Origin: Chitinophagaceae bacterium
GTDB lineage: Bacteria; Bacteroidota; Bacteroidia; Chitinophagales; Chitinophagaceae
DNA length: 64,000 bases
NCBI GenBank assembly: GCA_017307755.1
Contig: JAFKGQ010000014.1
Coordinates: forward strand, 21,036-85,035
Reading direction: 5' to 3'
The translations under genes were made by a program, and so were the position numbers. The notes beneath the pieces were generated by a model that searched no databases, was not told where the DNA came from, and saw only the letters and a list, made by a program, of their open reading frames with translations. Numbering within the stretch: position 1 is the stretch's first letter; every line of letters begins with the position of its first letter. Shown piece after piece: positions 36,334 through 46,043 of the stretch.

Positions 36334-38541
36334 TTATTTAAGTGAGTAATCTGACCTGGGACGGACCGCAGGAGCTTGCCCAAACAGGTAGTTCGGCTTA
36401 CTACCCATCGTGATCCTCAAAACACCTCCCCTGATGATATCCTCGTGCAAAATATAACTCTTATTATATTTCTTACTATTCAATTCCACACTTTGAATAT
36501 ATATATTTTCCGGGCTATTGTTCACCGCCTCCACGGTAAAGCGCTGACCTCCCGGCACGTTAATGACGGCCTTGTCCAACAGAGGGCTGCCCAATACATA
36601 CGCCCCGCTGGCAGGAAATACGGGATAGAACCCCATGGCCGAAAAGACATACCAGGCCGACATCTGACCACAATCCTCATTTCCGCTGATACCATCCGGC
36701 GCTGCCTGATACATGTTTTTCAGGATATACCGCACTTTTTCAGCCGTCTTCCACTGCTGCCCCCCATATGCATACAGATAGGTGGTATGATGCCCCGGCT
36801 CATTACCATGAGCATACTCGCCAATAAGCCCCGCAATGTCCGGCGGCGCCTTTGGATCATACGGCGTCGGGGTCGTAAACAACTGATCGAGCTTTTTTAC
36901 AAACGCTTTGTCACCACCCAGCAGTTGTATCAACCCTTCCACATCCTGCGGCACCAGCCACAGATATTGCCAGGCATTGCCTTCAGCATAATCATCTATC
37001 CAGGGATGCGAGGTACGCGCCGGATCAAACACGGGGTTCCAGGTGCCATCCGCCTTTTTACCCCGGAAGAACAGGACTGCTCTGTCAAAATAGTTCTGGT
37101 AGTTTTTCGCCCTTTTGGCAAACCAGGCATAGTCGTCTTTTTTCCCCATCTTCCTGGCCATCAACGCAGCACTGCCGTCACTGATACAATACTCCATCGC
37201 CTTGGCGACCGACTCCTCTATTTTGTCGCAGGGAATATAACCCTGGTTCCGCACATAGTCCAACCCCGCCTCGTTACGCATACCGGACCCTTTTATCGCC
37301 TCCAACGCCAGGGCCGTATCAAAACCGCGAAAACCTTTCAGATAAGCTTCCGCCACCACCTGCACACCACTGGTGCCCGGCATGGTATTGGTTTCACAGC
37401 CCATCAGATGCCAGATAGGCAGCTTCCCCTGCTGCTGATAGATGGCCAGCATGGTCTGGATCAGATCATTTACTCTATCCGGCTGAATAAGGGTGTACAG
37501 GGGATGGTTCGCCCGGTAAGTATCCCAGAGAGAAAAGACGGAGTAGTTGGTAAAAGACGCACCTTTATATACCTTCTTATCGGTGCCCATATAATCCCCG
37601 TTGTGATCGTTGAAGATGGCGGGGTCAATCATCGTATGATAAAGAGAGGTGTAAAAGATCTTCTTCTGGGTGGCATCTTTTACATCGACCCGGATACGGC
37701 CCAGCTCACCCTCCCATTTCTCTTCCGCAGCCTGCCGGACCCTGGAAAAATCCCAATCCGGGGTTTCCGTCTCGATGTTAGCCAGGGCGCCCCCGGAACT
37801 TACAGGCGAAATACCCACCTTTAATCTCACAATGGCAGCAGGGTTGTCAAAGCTGATAACACCCTTCCTGTCCTGCACAATAAAACTCCGGATCGCCTGT
37901 TCGCTCCGTATGGCGAAGAAAAGACGCTGATCATTCGCCCATCCTTTGGAATAACGATACCCTTCTATCGTATGATCATCCGTCTGATGAATGTCGGCAT
38001 CCGTCGTATGATCGCCGATGCCTTCTTTCAGATCGATAATAATATGCAGGTTCTTTCCGGCAGGAATATAATATTGATGAAAGCCTACCCTTTCGGTAGC
38101 GGTCAGTTCCGCGACAATGCCGGAGCTGGCAAGCCTGACGGAATAGTAACCGGGAGATACCTTTTCTTCCTGGTGGGAATACCGGGAGGCATATCCCGTA
38201 TCGATGTTCTTACGGCTCCCCTTATTCCAACGTATCGTTCCCGTATAAGGCATGATCAGGACGTCGCCCAGGTCGGGAATACCCGTACCGCTCAAATGCG
38301 TATGGGAAAAGCCAGTGACGATGCTATCCGTATAATTGTACCCGGAACACCAATCCCAACCTGAAAATATATTTTCAGGCCCCAGCTGTACAGCGCCAAA
38401 AGGAACGCTGGCCCCCACAAACACATGGCCATGACCGCCACTGCCGATGTAAGGGTCTACATAAGAAATAAGCCGTTGCGCAAAGAGGCTATTACAAAAA
38501 CATAGAAAAACGCAAGTCCAGGCAGTAATCAACTGTTTCAT
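36334..38541 (-). CDS. GH92 alpha-1,2-mannosidase family glycoside hydrolase
   Basis: YVDPYIG..GHGHVF.GA..PFG, FSLWDTYR, EGNAWQY, HGNEP.HH and GNEDCGQMSAWYVFS. Confidence 0.95.
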   Translation of the reverse strand: MKQLITAWTCVFLCFCNSLFAQRLISYVDPYIGSGGHGHVFVGASVPFGAVQLGPENIFSGWDWCSGYNYTDSIVTGFSHTHLSGTGIPDLGDVLIMPYTGTIRWNKGSRKNIDTGYASRYSHQEEKVSPGYYSVRLASSGIVAELTATERVGFHQYYIPAGKNLHIIIDLKEGIGDHTTDADIHQTDDHTIEGYRYSKGWANDQRLFFAIRSEQAIRSFIVQDRKGVISFDNPAAIVRLKVGISPVSSGGALANIETETPDWDFSRVRQAAEEKWEGELGRIRVDVKDATQKKIFYTSLYHTMIDPAIFNDHNGDYMGTDKKVYKGASFTNYSVFSLWDTYRANHPLYTLIQPDRVNDLIQTMLAIYQQQGKLPIWHLMGCETNTMPGTSGVQVVAEAYLKGFRGFDTALALEAIKGSGMRNEAGLDYVRNQGYIPCDKIEESVAKAMEYCISDGSAALMARKMGKKDDYAWFAKRAKNYQNYFDRAVLFFRGKKADGTWNPVFDPARTSHPWIDDYAEGNAWQYLWLVPQDVEGLIQLLGGDKAFVKKLDQLFTTPTPYDPKAPPDIAGLIGEYAHGNEPGHHTTYLYAYGGQQWKTAEKVRYILKNMYQAAPDGISGNEDCGQMSAWYVFSAMGFYPVFPASGAYVLGSPLLDKAVINVPGGQRFTVEAVNNSPENIYIQSVELNSKKYNKSYILHEDIIRGGVLRITMGSKPNYLFGQAPAVRPRSDYSLK

Positions 38542-38607
38542 GCCGGAAATTATGCGATTTTGACGACCTGTACCGATGCTAAAAAAAAGTTGTTATTAGC
38601 AGGCCCA

Positions 38608-38934
38608 TCAGTGGCCGCGCATAATATCTTCTATGGCAGACTGGATCTGTCCCGCTGGCAAAACACCGCTCTGCCGCCATTTTATCTGGCCATTCCGGAA
38701 AACGATGAGGGTGGGCACGCTTTGGATCTGGTAAGCCGATGCTACAGCCGGATTCCTGTCGATATCCATTTTCAGGATGGTAATGGTATCCCCCAGCTTA
38801 TTCTTCAACTCCTTTAATATCGGTGGCATCATCTTGCACGGACCGCACCATTCAGCGGAAAAATCCACAAGAACAGGCTTATCCCCATTGATGATGTCGG
38901 CAAAGGTCCTTGTCCTGGTCTGTTCCATATACAA
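38608..38934 (-). CDS. trxA: Thioredoxin
   Basis: [16 protein letters not shown] and SVPTLIVF. Confidence 0.92.
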   Translation of the reverse strand: MYMEQTRTRTFADIINGDKPVLVDFSAEWCGPCKMMPPILKELKNKLGDTITILKMDIDRNPAVASAYQIQSVPTLIVFRNGQIKWRQSGVLPAGQIQSAIEDIMRGH

Positions 38935-39128
38935 ACATTTATTTTAAAGTTACGATTTTGCCCCTCAAAAGTCCATGTTTACCCTTAGCGTGTTAGCTTT
39001 ACACAATGGAACCCTTACATAAACAAGCGTGCCAGCTATACGAACAGGACATAGCAATGGACAAAAAAAAGGCCCTTTTTTTAGAAAATATTTACCATTG
39101 ATGGCTTGACTTATTGGAGTAATTCGCT

Positions 39129-39136
39129 CTATCTTT
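39129..39136 (+). promoter_or_regulatory. Bacteroidota -7 promoter element facing a gene-free interval
   Basis: TATCTTTG matches TAnnTTTG. No credible + strand CDS follows before 39548. Confidence 0.4.
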
Positions 39137-39361
39137 GCGGAGTGTTCTACCAAACCAACCTGAGACTGATGGCCTGACGGACCTATTAAGTCGAACCTCA
39201 TCCTTAGCCGGCACCACTGAGATCATACAAAACTATACCGTCAACAACTTACTACACATTTCGCTCAGAAAGCATTTTCCTTAAGGATCATTATGCAAAA
39301 ATGAATATTGCGGTTTATCCGTTCATATAGTTTTCTCATGTGACTGTCTAAAAAACAGTGC

Positions 39362-39383
39362 GGGGTTTGTTTCTACAGACCCC
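39362..39383 (+). terminator. Hairpin with T-rich tail
   Basis: GGGGTTTGT-TTCT-ACAGACCCC (one G-U pair) followed by TCTTTC. Confidence 0.5.
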
Positions 39384-39476
39384 TCTTTCATATTATTATG
39401 CAAGCCTTATTTGCAAAAAGCCTCAGGCCATCGGACAAGGCCTGTTGGAGTCGTTCGTTTTTATTATAAAAGTCAA

Positions 39477-39500
39477 CAGGGATTGTTTCTACAATCCCTG
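39477..39500. terminator. Perfect hairpin with T-rich tail
   Basis: CAGGGATTGT-TTCT-ACAATCCCTG followed by CTTTATTTTT. Confidence 0.55.
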
Positions 39501-39547
39501 CTTTATTTTTCTCATGTGACCATATGTAGGAACCGCTGAAAGCGGTA

Positions 39548-41746
39548 TTATTTTTCCTCATTCAGCGTCAATATAACACTGGCCCTCCCTGCACGTACAT
39601 CCGGGTTGATCCCCACTTTCATCAGAAAATCACCGGTATAAACTTTCCCTGTTTCTAAAGTGGAAGAAGTACCGGGGTACAGATTGGTTTCCGCAACACG
39701 GTATTTCCTGGCAGGGTCCAGCCCTTTTAGCCGGATGGGCAACAGACTGCCGGCCCCATAACGCTCATTCACCAGATAATTGAACAGGACACCCCGGGAC
39801 TTCCCCTCATCCACATACAGCACAGAGGCCACACTGTTGTCAGTAGGGTTCGACAGACGGAACTGGTCCCCCGCCCAAATGACATCTTTCAAACTATTAT
39901 AATTACTGACGGCTGATTGAACAAATTGCAGATCCTCCGGCTTCAGCTTGCTGACAACGATATCAAAACCCAGTTTGCCCATCATGGCCACATCCGTACG
40001 GAACTTCAGGGGTTGCTTCCCCCAGTCGGTGACATGGTTCGAGGAGGCCATCGCCGGGTAGAAATAGGAATACTCCCATTGGATAAAAATGCGTTCCAAC
40101 GGGTCGGTGTTATCGCTCGGCCAGTATTCGGTAAAGTATTGCAGCGCCCCATAATCCACCCGTCCACCGCCGCCGGAACAGAGCATCATGGGTACTTTGG
40201 GATATTTGGCCCTCAGTCTCTCCAGGACCTTATACAGACCGCGCACGTAATCCACATAAAAATGGGACTGGTCCTTTAGCGTGGCCGACGCGGCGTTGTA
40301 CATCACTGCATTACAATCCCATTTGATATAGGCCAGATCGGGATTCCGGGTAAACAGACCATCCACTACCCCAAAGACAAAGTCCTGTACTTTTGGGTTG
40401 GTCAGGTCCAGCACGAGCTGGTTGCGGAAATAGTGTTCCTCTCTTTTTGGCTGTTTGATAACCCAGTCAGGATGCTGCTCATACAGCTCGCTTTTGGGGT
40501 TAACCATCTCCGGCTCGACCCAGATACCAAATTTTACCCCGTCAGCCTGCGCCTCCTTTACAAGAGAGCTGATGCCATTGGGCAGCTTGCTCTTATTGGG
40601 CTGCCAGTCACCCAATCCGGCATGGTCGTCATTCCTGGGATATTTATTGGCAAACCAGCCGTCATCCAGGAGGAAAAGGTCAACACCCAGCTTTTTGGTA
40701 TCCTTCAACAGCTCGGCCAGCCGGGCCTCATTAAAGTCAAAATAGGTGGACTCCCAGTTATTGAGCAGGGTAAGCCTCGTACCCTTCCCATCCAGCAATT
40801 TATAATCCCTGGCCCAACGCTGTACTTTGCGACTGGCGTCCCCTTTCCCCTTGTCAGACAATGTATACCAGCAAGGGGGGGTGGTGAATACTTCATTGGG
40901 TGCCAGCGAATAGGGAGATGCATAGTTATTGATGCCTGCAAGTATCCGAAGATTATCTTGGGGATCAACTTCCAGGTCGACCCTGAAATTACCACTCCAT
41001 TCCACGCCGCCGTATAGTACAGTGCCTTCATCCTCGGTAGCAGGCCGGTCAAGGGAAACCATGAACACAGGAGGCTGGTAGAGGTTGGCCCTGGCGCCCA
41101 GCTTGGAATCGAGGATTTTGATGCCATGGGTAAGCCGGCTTTCCTCCGGCTGCATTTCCTTCGCCCAGTCGCCATGATACTGCCGCAGCCAGTAGCTCCC
41201 GGCCTGCAGATACAGGTTGGCCGACGCAAATTTGTGCAGGATCACATTCCCCTTTTCACGGTGCCGGATCATGCTCCACTGCTCGATAACATCCTCTTTA
41301 TAATAGGATTTATAATATAATGTGACCTCAAGATCATAAACGGGGTCCTTAAGCAGGATAGTCAGCAAAGATACATCGTCACTGATCCTGGTCACCTGCT
41401 GACTGACGAGTCTTAAGTCCAAAGAATAGTTGCCATCCGCATGGCTCACCGTTATAACAGGTTCAATAAGGTTTCTCGACCCGGACGGCGTATAGGCTGA
41501 ATTGAAAAGACCACTGGGGTCGGAGGGCTGACGGTAAACCGAGGACACGAGGGCGTACTCGCTTCCGGAGGCCAGACGCCTACCATAATACACGGTTTGC
41601 AGATCCTTATTGGGCTCTGCCCGTAAGACCAGCGCATTATTCGCCGTTTCGATAGGTATCAGTGTGGATTGAGCATTCGATCTTCCCGGAACGATCAGCA
41701 AAACAAGCACAGGCAACACGCCCGTTAGACATAATTTAATCTTCAT
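39548..41746 (-). CDS. GH36 alpha-galactosidase
   Basis: LLNNWE..YFDF, LFLLDDGWF, FGIWVEPEMV, YIKWDCN, CSGGGGR and WPSDNTD. Confidence 0.95.
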   Translation of the reverse strand: MKIKLCLTGVLPVLVLLIVPGRSNAQSTLIPIETANNALVLRAEPNKDLQTVYYGRRLASGSEYALVSSVYRQPSDPSGLFNSAYTPSGSRNLIEPVITVSHADGNYSLDLRLVSQQVTRISDDVSLLTILLKDPVYDLEVTLYYKSYYKEDVIEQWSMIRHREKGNVILHKFASANLYLQAGSYWLRQYHGDWAKEMQPEESRLTHGIKILDSKLGARANLYQPPVFMVSLDRPATEDEGTVLYGGVEWSGNFRVDLEVDPQDNLRILAGINNYASPYSLAPNEVFTTPPCWYTLSDKGKGDASRKVQRWARDYKLLDGKGTRLTLLNNWESTYFDFNEARLAELLKDTKKLGVDLFLLDDGWFANKYPRNDDHAGLGDWQPNKSKLPNGISSLVKEAQADGVKFGIWVEPEMVNPKSELYEQHPDWVIKQPKREEHYFRNQLVLDLTNPKVQDFVFGVVDGLFTRNPDLAYIKWDCNAVMYNAASATLKDQSHFYVDYVRGLYKVLERLRAKYPKVPMMLCSGGGGRVDYGALQYFTEYWPSDNTDPLERIFIQWEYSYFYPAMASSNHVTDWGKQPLKFRTDVAMMGKLGFDIVVSKLKPEDLQFVQSAVSNYNSLKDVIWAGDQFRLSNPTDNSVASVLYVDEGKSRGVLFNYLVNERYGAGSLLPIRLKGLDPARKYRVAETNLYPGTSSTLETGKVYTGDFLMKVGINPDVRAGRASVILTLNEEK

Positions 41747-41813
41747 TGATAGTGATTAAGGGTTAAAAATAACAAAAAGGCCCCCTCTGAAAATGGACAA
41801 TCCGCTAAAAAGA

Positions 41814-41857
41814 ATGGACAATTGGGTTCTTTTCGAAAATTTAACCCAATTGTCCAT
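41814..41857. repeat. Perfect 15-bp inverted repeat in the divergent GH36/dinB intergenic region
   Basis: ATGGACAATTGGGTT (41814-41828) / AACCCAATTGTCCAT (41843-41857). Confidence 0.8.
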
Positions 41858-41876
41858 ACATCTAATATCTGAGCCC

Positions 41877-41950
41877 TTCGGCGGAGCTGCTTCGACACGC
41901 TCCTTCTCGGGCGTAACCTTGCGGTTACGGACAACGAACCTCCGGTTCGT
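41877..41950 (+). repeat. Dispersed multi-hairpin element, copy 1 (REP-like or structured RNA)
   Basis: Shares CGGAGCTGCTTCGACACGCTCCT and CGTAACCTT..GGTTACGG with 58587-58689. Confidence 0.75.
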
Positions 41951-41997
41951 TCTGTGGACAATTGGCCGATGGCACAATTTTGGTATCGGGTACCCCC

Positions 41998-42474
41998 ATG
42001 CCACACACCGACTTTATCATCGACGAATTAGTCGCGCTTTTGGAAGAAGGCAATGCCCATGCATCCTTTGAAAAGGCGGTCAAAGGACTCACGATCCCCT
42101 TTTTGAGTAAGGTGCCTGATGGGTCCGCCTACAGCATCTGGCAGTTGATAGAACATATCCGTATCGCACAATGGGATATCCTGGAATTCTCCAAGGGCCC
42201 TGGCCATAAAAGCCCGGAATGGCCCGACGGTTATTGGCCAAAAGATCCTGCGCCGCCCAACGAGCATGCGGTAAAAAAATCGGTTCAGCAAGTGATGACG
42301 GACCGTAACGCTTTTATCAGGCTGCTTCACCAGGCGGGAGAGAATATCTACAAACTATTCCCTTACGGAGATGGTCAGAGTCTCTTCAGAGAAGCGCTGG
42401 TCATCGCAGACCACACCAGCTATCATACGGGCGAGATTATTCTTTTACGTCGGATAATGGGTATCTGGCATTAA
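41998..42474 (+). CDS. DinB/YfiT family protein
   Basis: SIWQLIEHIRIAQ.DIL and ALVIADHTSYHTGEI metal-binding His set. Start moved to ATG 41998. Confidence 0.88.
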   Translation: MPHTDFIIDELVALLEEGNAHASFEKAVKGLTIPFLSKVPDGSAYSIWQLIEHIRIAQWDILEFSKGPGHKSPEWPDGYWPKDPAPPNEHAVKKSVQQVMTDRNAFIRLLHQAGENIYKLFPYGDGQSLFREALVIADHTSYHTGEIILLRRIMGIWH

Positions 42475-44303
42475 TACACATGCCTTCCCTGATCCACCCG
42501 CTTGGCCAGGTCCTCCTTCCTGACATTGACCTGGACGCCGATGGGACGGCCGTCCCGGTAAGTAATCACGTTCAGCTGCGTGGCCCCCATGGGGAACTTC
42601 ACAGGCGTACCGTTATATTTTGGGTAATGTTTATCGGGGTTGGTCTGGTCAAACGTATAATAAATATCCAGTCCGTTGACCTCCGTAGACATGGTGACGG
42701 CAAAATCCCGGTCTGTCGTACGCTTGGGCGTGAGGATAACATTGTACGCACTGCGGGCATATTTGATATCCGCCGCATCCATTCTTTGGAACTCATGCTC
42801 CATCCGGCTGACGAACCCATCCCAGTTGCGGGCGGCCTTTTGACTCCAATATACTTCCGCCAATGCCAGGGCCCGGGGCCAGGTCATATATTCCACATGC
42901 CGGAAGTTGGCTACCGACTCTGTCCAGAGATTGCCTTGTCCGCCTAATATATACTTCTCATCCACACTGTCAGGGACAGGATCATACGTATAGGAATCCT
43001 TCAGCCGGCATATCCCATAAGTGGGAGGCTCGGCCGCCGACTCGCCCTGATAGAGGTCCAGGTAACAAAAATCCCAGGGCGTCATTACCACCTTGTGATT
43101 CATCCTCGCCGCAGTAATCCCCCCCTTCATACCCCTCCAGCTCATCACCGTCGCCTCGGGCGCCAACCCTCCTTCCAGTATCTCGTCCCAGCCGATGAGC
43201 TTTTTACCTTTATCTTTCAGCATTTTCTCCATCCTTTTTACAAAATAGCTCTGCAGCTCGTCCACATTATTCAGGTGTTCTTCCGACATACGCCGTTGGC
43301 ATTTGGGACAAGCGGCCCAAAAACCTTTATAAGCTTCGTCTCCTCCTATATGGATATACTCACTGGGAAAAAGGGCCGCCAGCTCGGTGAATATCCTGTC
43401 CAGTACTTCGTAGATGGAATCATTGCCGATGCAGAGAGCATTGTCGTCCCGGGTAGGATTGCGGAAACCCGCGTTCACGGGATAGTTCAGCTGCGTACAG
43501 GAAAGAGAGGGGTAAGATGCGATAAGGGCCAGGCTATGCGCCGGGATATCGATCTCCGGCAATAGGGTGACAAAACGTTCTTTCGCGTATTGGATGATCT
43601 CCCGCATGTCATCCTGGGTATAAAAGCCGCCTTCCGTAGCCGGCTCATTGGCCAGCGCCGGCATGAACTCACCCCAACGGCCCGTACGGGCCACCCTCCA
43701 GGCCCCTTTCCGTGTCAGTTCGGGCAGACTCTTGATCTCCAGCCGCCACCCCTGGTCATCGCTGAGATGAAGATGAAGGGTGTTATACTTATACCGGACC
43801 ATCTCATCAATATACCTTTCCACCTCCTCCTTTGTAAAAAAATGACGGCTGACATCCAGCATCAGCCCCCGCCAGCCAAAACGGGGGTAGTCCGTGATCT
43901 CGGCGCAAGGCACCCATTTGCCGGAAGCGCCGGCATCCGGAGGCAGCAGTTGCAGCACGGTCTGCAGCCCATAAAAGACACCCGCCGCTTCATTGGCCCT
44001 GATATGAATAGCTGAAGGAGTAATGGTCAACGTATACCCCTCTTTGCCCAAAACGTTCCTATCCACCGGCTTGCCCAGGATGATCTCTTTCTTTCCTTTA
44101 CCCACAGCGATCCCCATCTGAGAAGAGAACCAGGCGGCCGCCGGCTGTAAAGAGGGATCTTCCACATGCAGGCGTACGCCGGCATCGAGGACAAAACGCC
44201 CGGGCTTTTCCGTCACAGACACGGGTTGCGGGATGATCCGGATGGGGTCGGCTATTAATTGGACACAGACAAAGCATAAGACAAGCGTACAAAGGATCCT
44301 CAT
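42471..44303 (-). CDS. GH20 beta-N-acetylhexosaminidase
   Basis: DYPRFGWRGLMLDVSRHF, HLSDDQGWR, PEIDIPAH, HIGGDEA and GGQGNLWTE. Confidence 0.95.
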   Translation of the reverse strand: MRILCTLVLCFVCVQLIADPIRIIPQPVSVTEKPGRFVLDAGVRLHVEDPSLQPAAAWFSSQMGIAVGKGKKEIILGKPVDRNVLGKEGYTLTITPSAIHIRANEAAGVFYGLQTVLQLLPPDAGASGKWVPCAEITDYPRFGWRGLMLDVSRHFFTKEEVERYIDEMVRYKYNTLHLHLSDDQGWRLEIKSLPELTRKGAWRVARTGRWGEFMPALANEPATEGGFYTQDDMREIIQYAKERFVTLLPEIDIPAHSLALIASYPSLSCTQLNYPVNAGFRNPTRDDNALCIGNDSIYEVLDRIFTELAALFPSEYIHIGGDEAYKGFWAACPKCQRRMSEEHLNNVDELQSYFVKRMEKMLKDKGKKLIGWDEILEGGLAPEATVMSWRGMKGGITAARMNHKVVMTPWDFCYLDLYQGESAAEPPTYGICRLKDSYTYDPVPDSVDEKYILGGQGNLWTESVANFRHVEYMTWPRALALAEVYWSQKAARNWDGFVSRMEHEFQRMDAADIKYARSAYNVILTPKRTTDRDFAVTMSTEVNGLDIYYTFDQTNPDKHYPKYNGTPVKFPMGATQLNVITYRDGRPIGVQVNVRKEDLAKRVDQGRHVY

Positions 44304-44331
44304 AACAAAGTTTTACAATGAGGTCATGAAT

Positions 44332-45012
44332 TTAGGGATTATGTACGATCCTGAAAAATTCATCCCTGTATCGCCGGCTGAGCGGTATCTGCGTCTCCCC
44401 AATGGTAATGCTTTCACCACGGACGCTGCTGATCTTATCCACCATCACGATAAAAGACTTATGCACCCGGACATGCTTCCCCGGAGGCAGCCATTCCACA
44501 ATAGACTTCATGCTCAGCTTAGAGATCAGGGGCCTGCTGCGGCTGGTCAGGTATATCTTTATATAATTACCCAACCCTTCAATATAACGTATCTCATGAA
44601 TAAACACTTTTGTCTGTTTGTACTCGGATTGAATGAATATATAGCCCTTCTGCCGCAGCGTCAGATATTCCATGGCCTTTTGGGCGGCTTTGAGAAATCT
44701 TTCGAAGCTCACCGGCTTTACAAGGTAATCCAGAACATCGAGGTCAAACCCATCCACTGCATATTTCCGGTAGGCCGTGATAAAAATGACCATGGGCTTA
44801 TCCTCCAGTTCCTGCAGCATACGCAGCCCATCGAGCCCGGGCATCTCAATATCCAGGAACAGCAGATCGATACGCTCCTGCCGCAGCAGATCTATAGCCT
44901 GGTAAGCGTTCTTGCATTTCTTTACCAGCTGTAAAAAAGGCACCCGGCTGATATTGTCTTCCAATATATCCAGCGCAGGCGTCTCGTCGTCGACAGCTAT
45001 ACATCGTATCAT
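44332..45012 (-). CDS. LytTR family response regulator
   Basis: Receiver AVDDE..FLDIEMP..TAY..LVKP and LytTR VRVHKSFIV. Confidence 0.93.
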   Translation of the reverse strand: MIRCIAVDDETPALDILEDNISRVPFLQLVKKCKNAYQAIDLLRQERIDLLFLDIEMPGLDGLRMLQELEDKPMVIFITAYRKYAVDGFDLDVLDYLVKPVSFERFLKAAQKAMEYLTLRQKGYIFIQSEYKQTKVFIHEIRYIEGLGNYIKIYLTSRSRPLISKLSMKSIVEWLPPGKHVRVHKSFIVMVDKISSVRGESITIGETQIPLSRRYRDEFFRIVHNP

Positions 45013-46043
45013 TGCAGAGGGATATGTAAAGTGATGGAATACCAGTTCTCCGTACTTGTGTCATCGCTGCGATAGCTCTTCGTCGTCTCCAGCTCATGAT
45101 TGCCCGGATAGATCAGGTCCAGCCGCTTCTTCAGGTTTATCAGCCCGATACCGGGCTTTTTCCCATTCTCTTGCAACTGCTGGTTATACTTGTTCTTTAC
45201 GGTCACGGAAAGCATATGATCCTCCCGGATGATCACATCGATATGGATAACCGGAGATTCCACCAATCCTATACCGTGTTTAAAGGCATTCTCCACCAAA
45301 GGTATCAGCAGCATCGGCTCGATATGCTTCCCGCCGACACGATCCGGGATATTGAATTGCACCGTTACATCATCCCTGAAACGCAGCATCTGCAGGTCTA
45401 TATATACCCGCAGGTATTCCAGTTCCTCTTCCAGCCGGATCTTTTCATGACCAGCCTCGTACAGCGTATAACGCATCAGCCCCGCCAGCTCCAACAGGGC
45501 GGGCTCCAGCAACCCGGACTTTTTCCGGGCCATCAGCACCATGCTGTTGAGCACATTCAACATAAAATGAGGATTTATCTGTCCCCTTAAAAAAGAAAGT
45601 TCTGTACGCAGATGCTCCGTCTCTTTTTCCTTCCGCGCTTTTTCCAGCCGGGTATTCTCCCGGAAAGCGCCCAGGCTGGCGCTTGCCAGAATAAAGAAAA
45701 GCGCTGGCGCAGTCCTCCGAAGCACCGCATGATAATAAGAATGCGCGGCAGGTGGATGGTTATTTAAATAATAAGATAACCCGGAGATCAGGGATGCCGT
45801 CAATATGGCGACGATCACTCCTATCCAGTACCTCGTCCTCCGTCCCCTGAAGAGGTAAGAAGGCATCAGCCAATACGCATGGGCGTAGAAAATGCCGATG
45901 CAGGGACCTATGGACCATAACACCCGCCATCCGACGCCGGGCGCACGTTGTACTGCCGGAGGCATCGGCCCCAGCAACAGCACACTGAATATCAGGGCAG
46001 CCCAGACAAAACAATGGAATAATATCTTATAAAAATTACTCAA
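45009..46043 (-). CDS. LytS/YehU-type sensor histidine kinase
   Basis: TM helices, LRGQINPHFMLNVLN, IEPMLLIPLVENAFKHG and GIGLINL. Likely TTG start 46043 overlapping the upstream stop. Confidence 0.9.
   Translation of the reverse strand: MSNFYKILFHCFVWAALIFSVLLLGPMPPAVQRAPGVGWRVLWSIGPCIGIFYAHAYWLMPSYLFRGRRTRYWIGVIVAILTASLISGLSYYLNNHPPAAHSYYHAVLRRTAPALFFILASASLGAFRENTRLEKARKEKETEHLRTELSFLRGQINPHFMLNVLNSMVLMARKKSGLLEPALLELAGLMRYTLYEAGHEKIRLEEELEYLRVYIDLQMLRFRDDVTVQFNIPDRVGGKHIEPMLLIPLVENAFKHGIGLVESPVIHIDVIIREDHMLSVTVKNKYNQQLQENGKKPGIGLINLKKRLDLIYPGNHELETTKSYRSDDTSTENWYSITLHIPLQ

Noticed and set aside
36376-37824. 482-aa + strand ORF
   Set aside because: Lies wholly antisense to the well-supported GH92 gene and has no recognisable domain.
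38965-39201. 78-aa minus-strand ORF upstream of trxA
   Set aside because: No motif, and it crosses promoter-like homopolymer tracts. The region looks non-coding.
39140-39260. Possible known riboswitch or ribozyme (TPP, SAM, hammerhead) suggested by CTGAGA/CTGATG words
   Set aside because: The remaining conserved elements and stems could not be found, and no downstream + strand gene exists. Kept only as an sRNA candidate.
41743-42006. Short minus-strand ORFs across the GH36/dinB intergenic region
   Set aside because: They run through the inverted repeat and the dispersed element and have no coding features.
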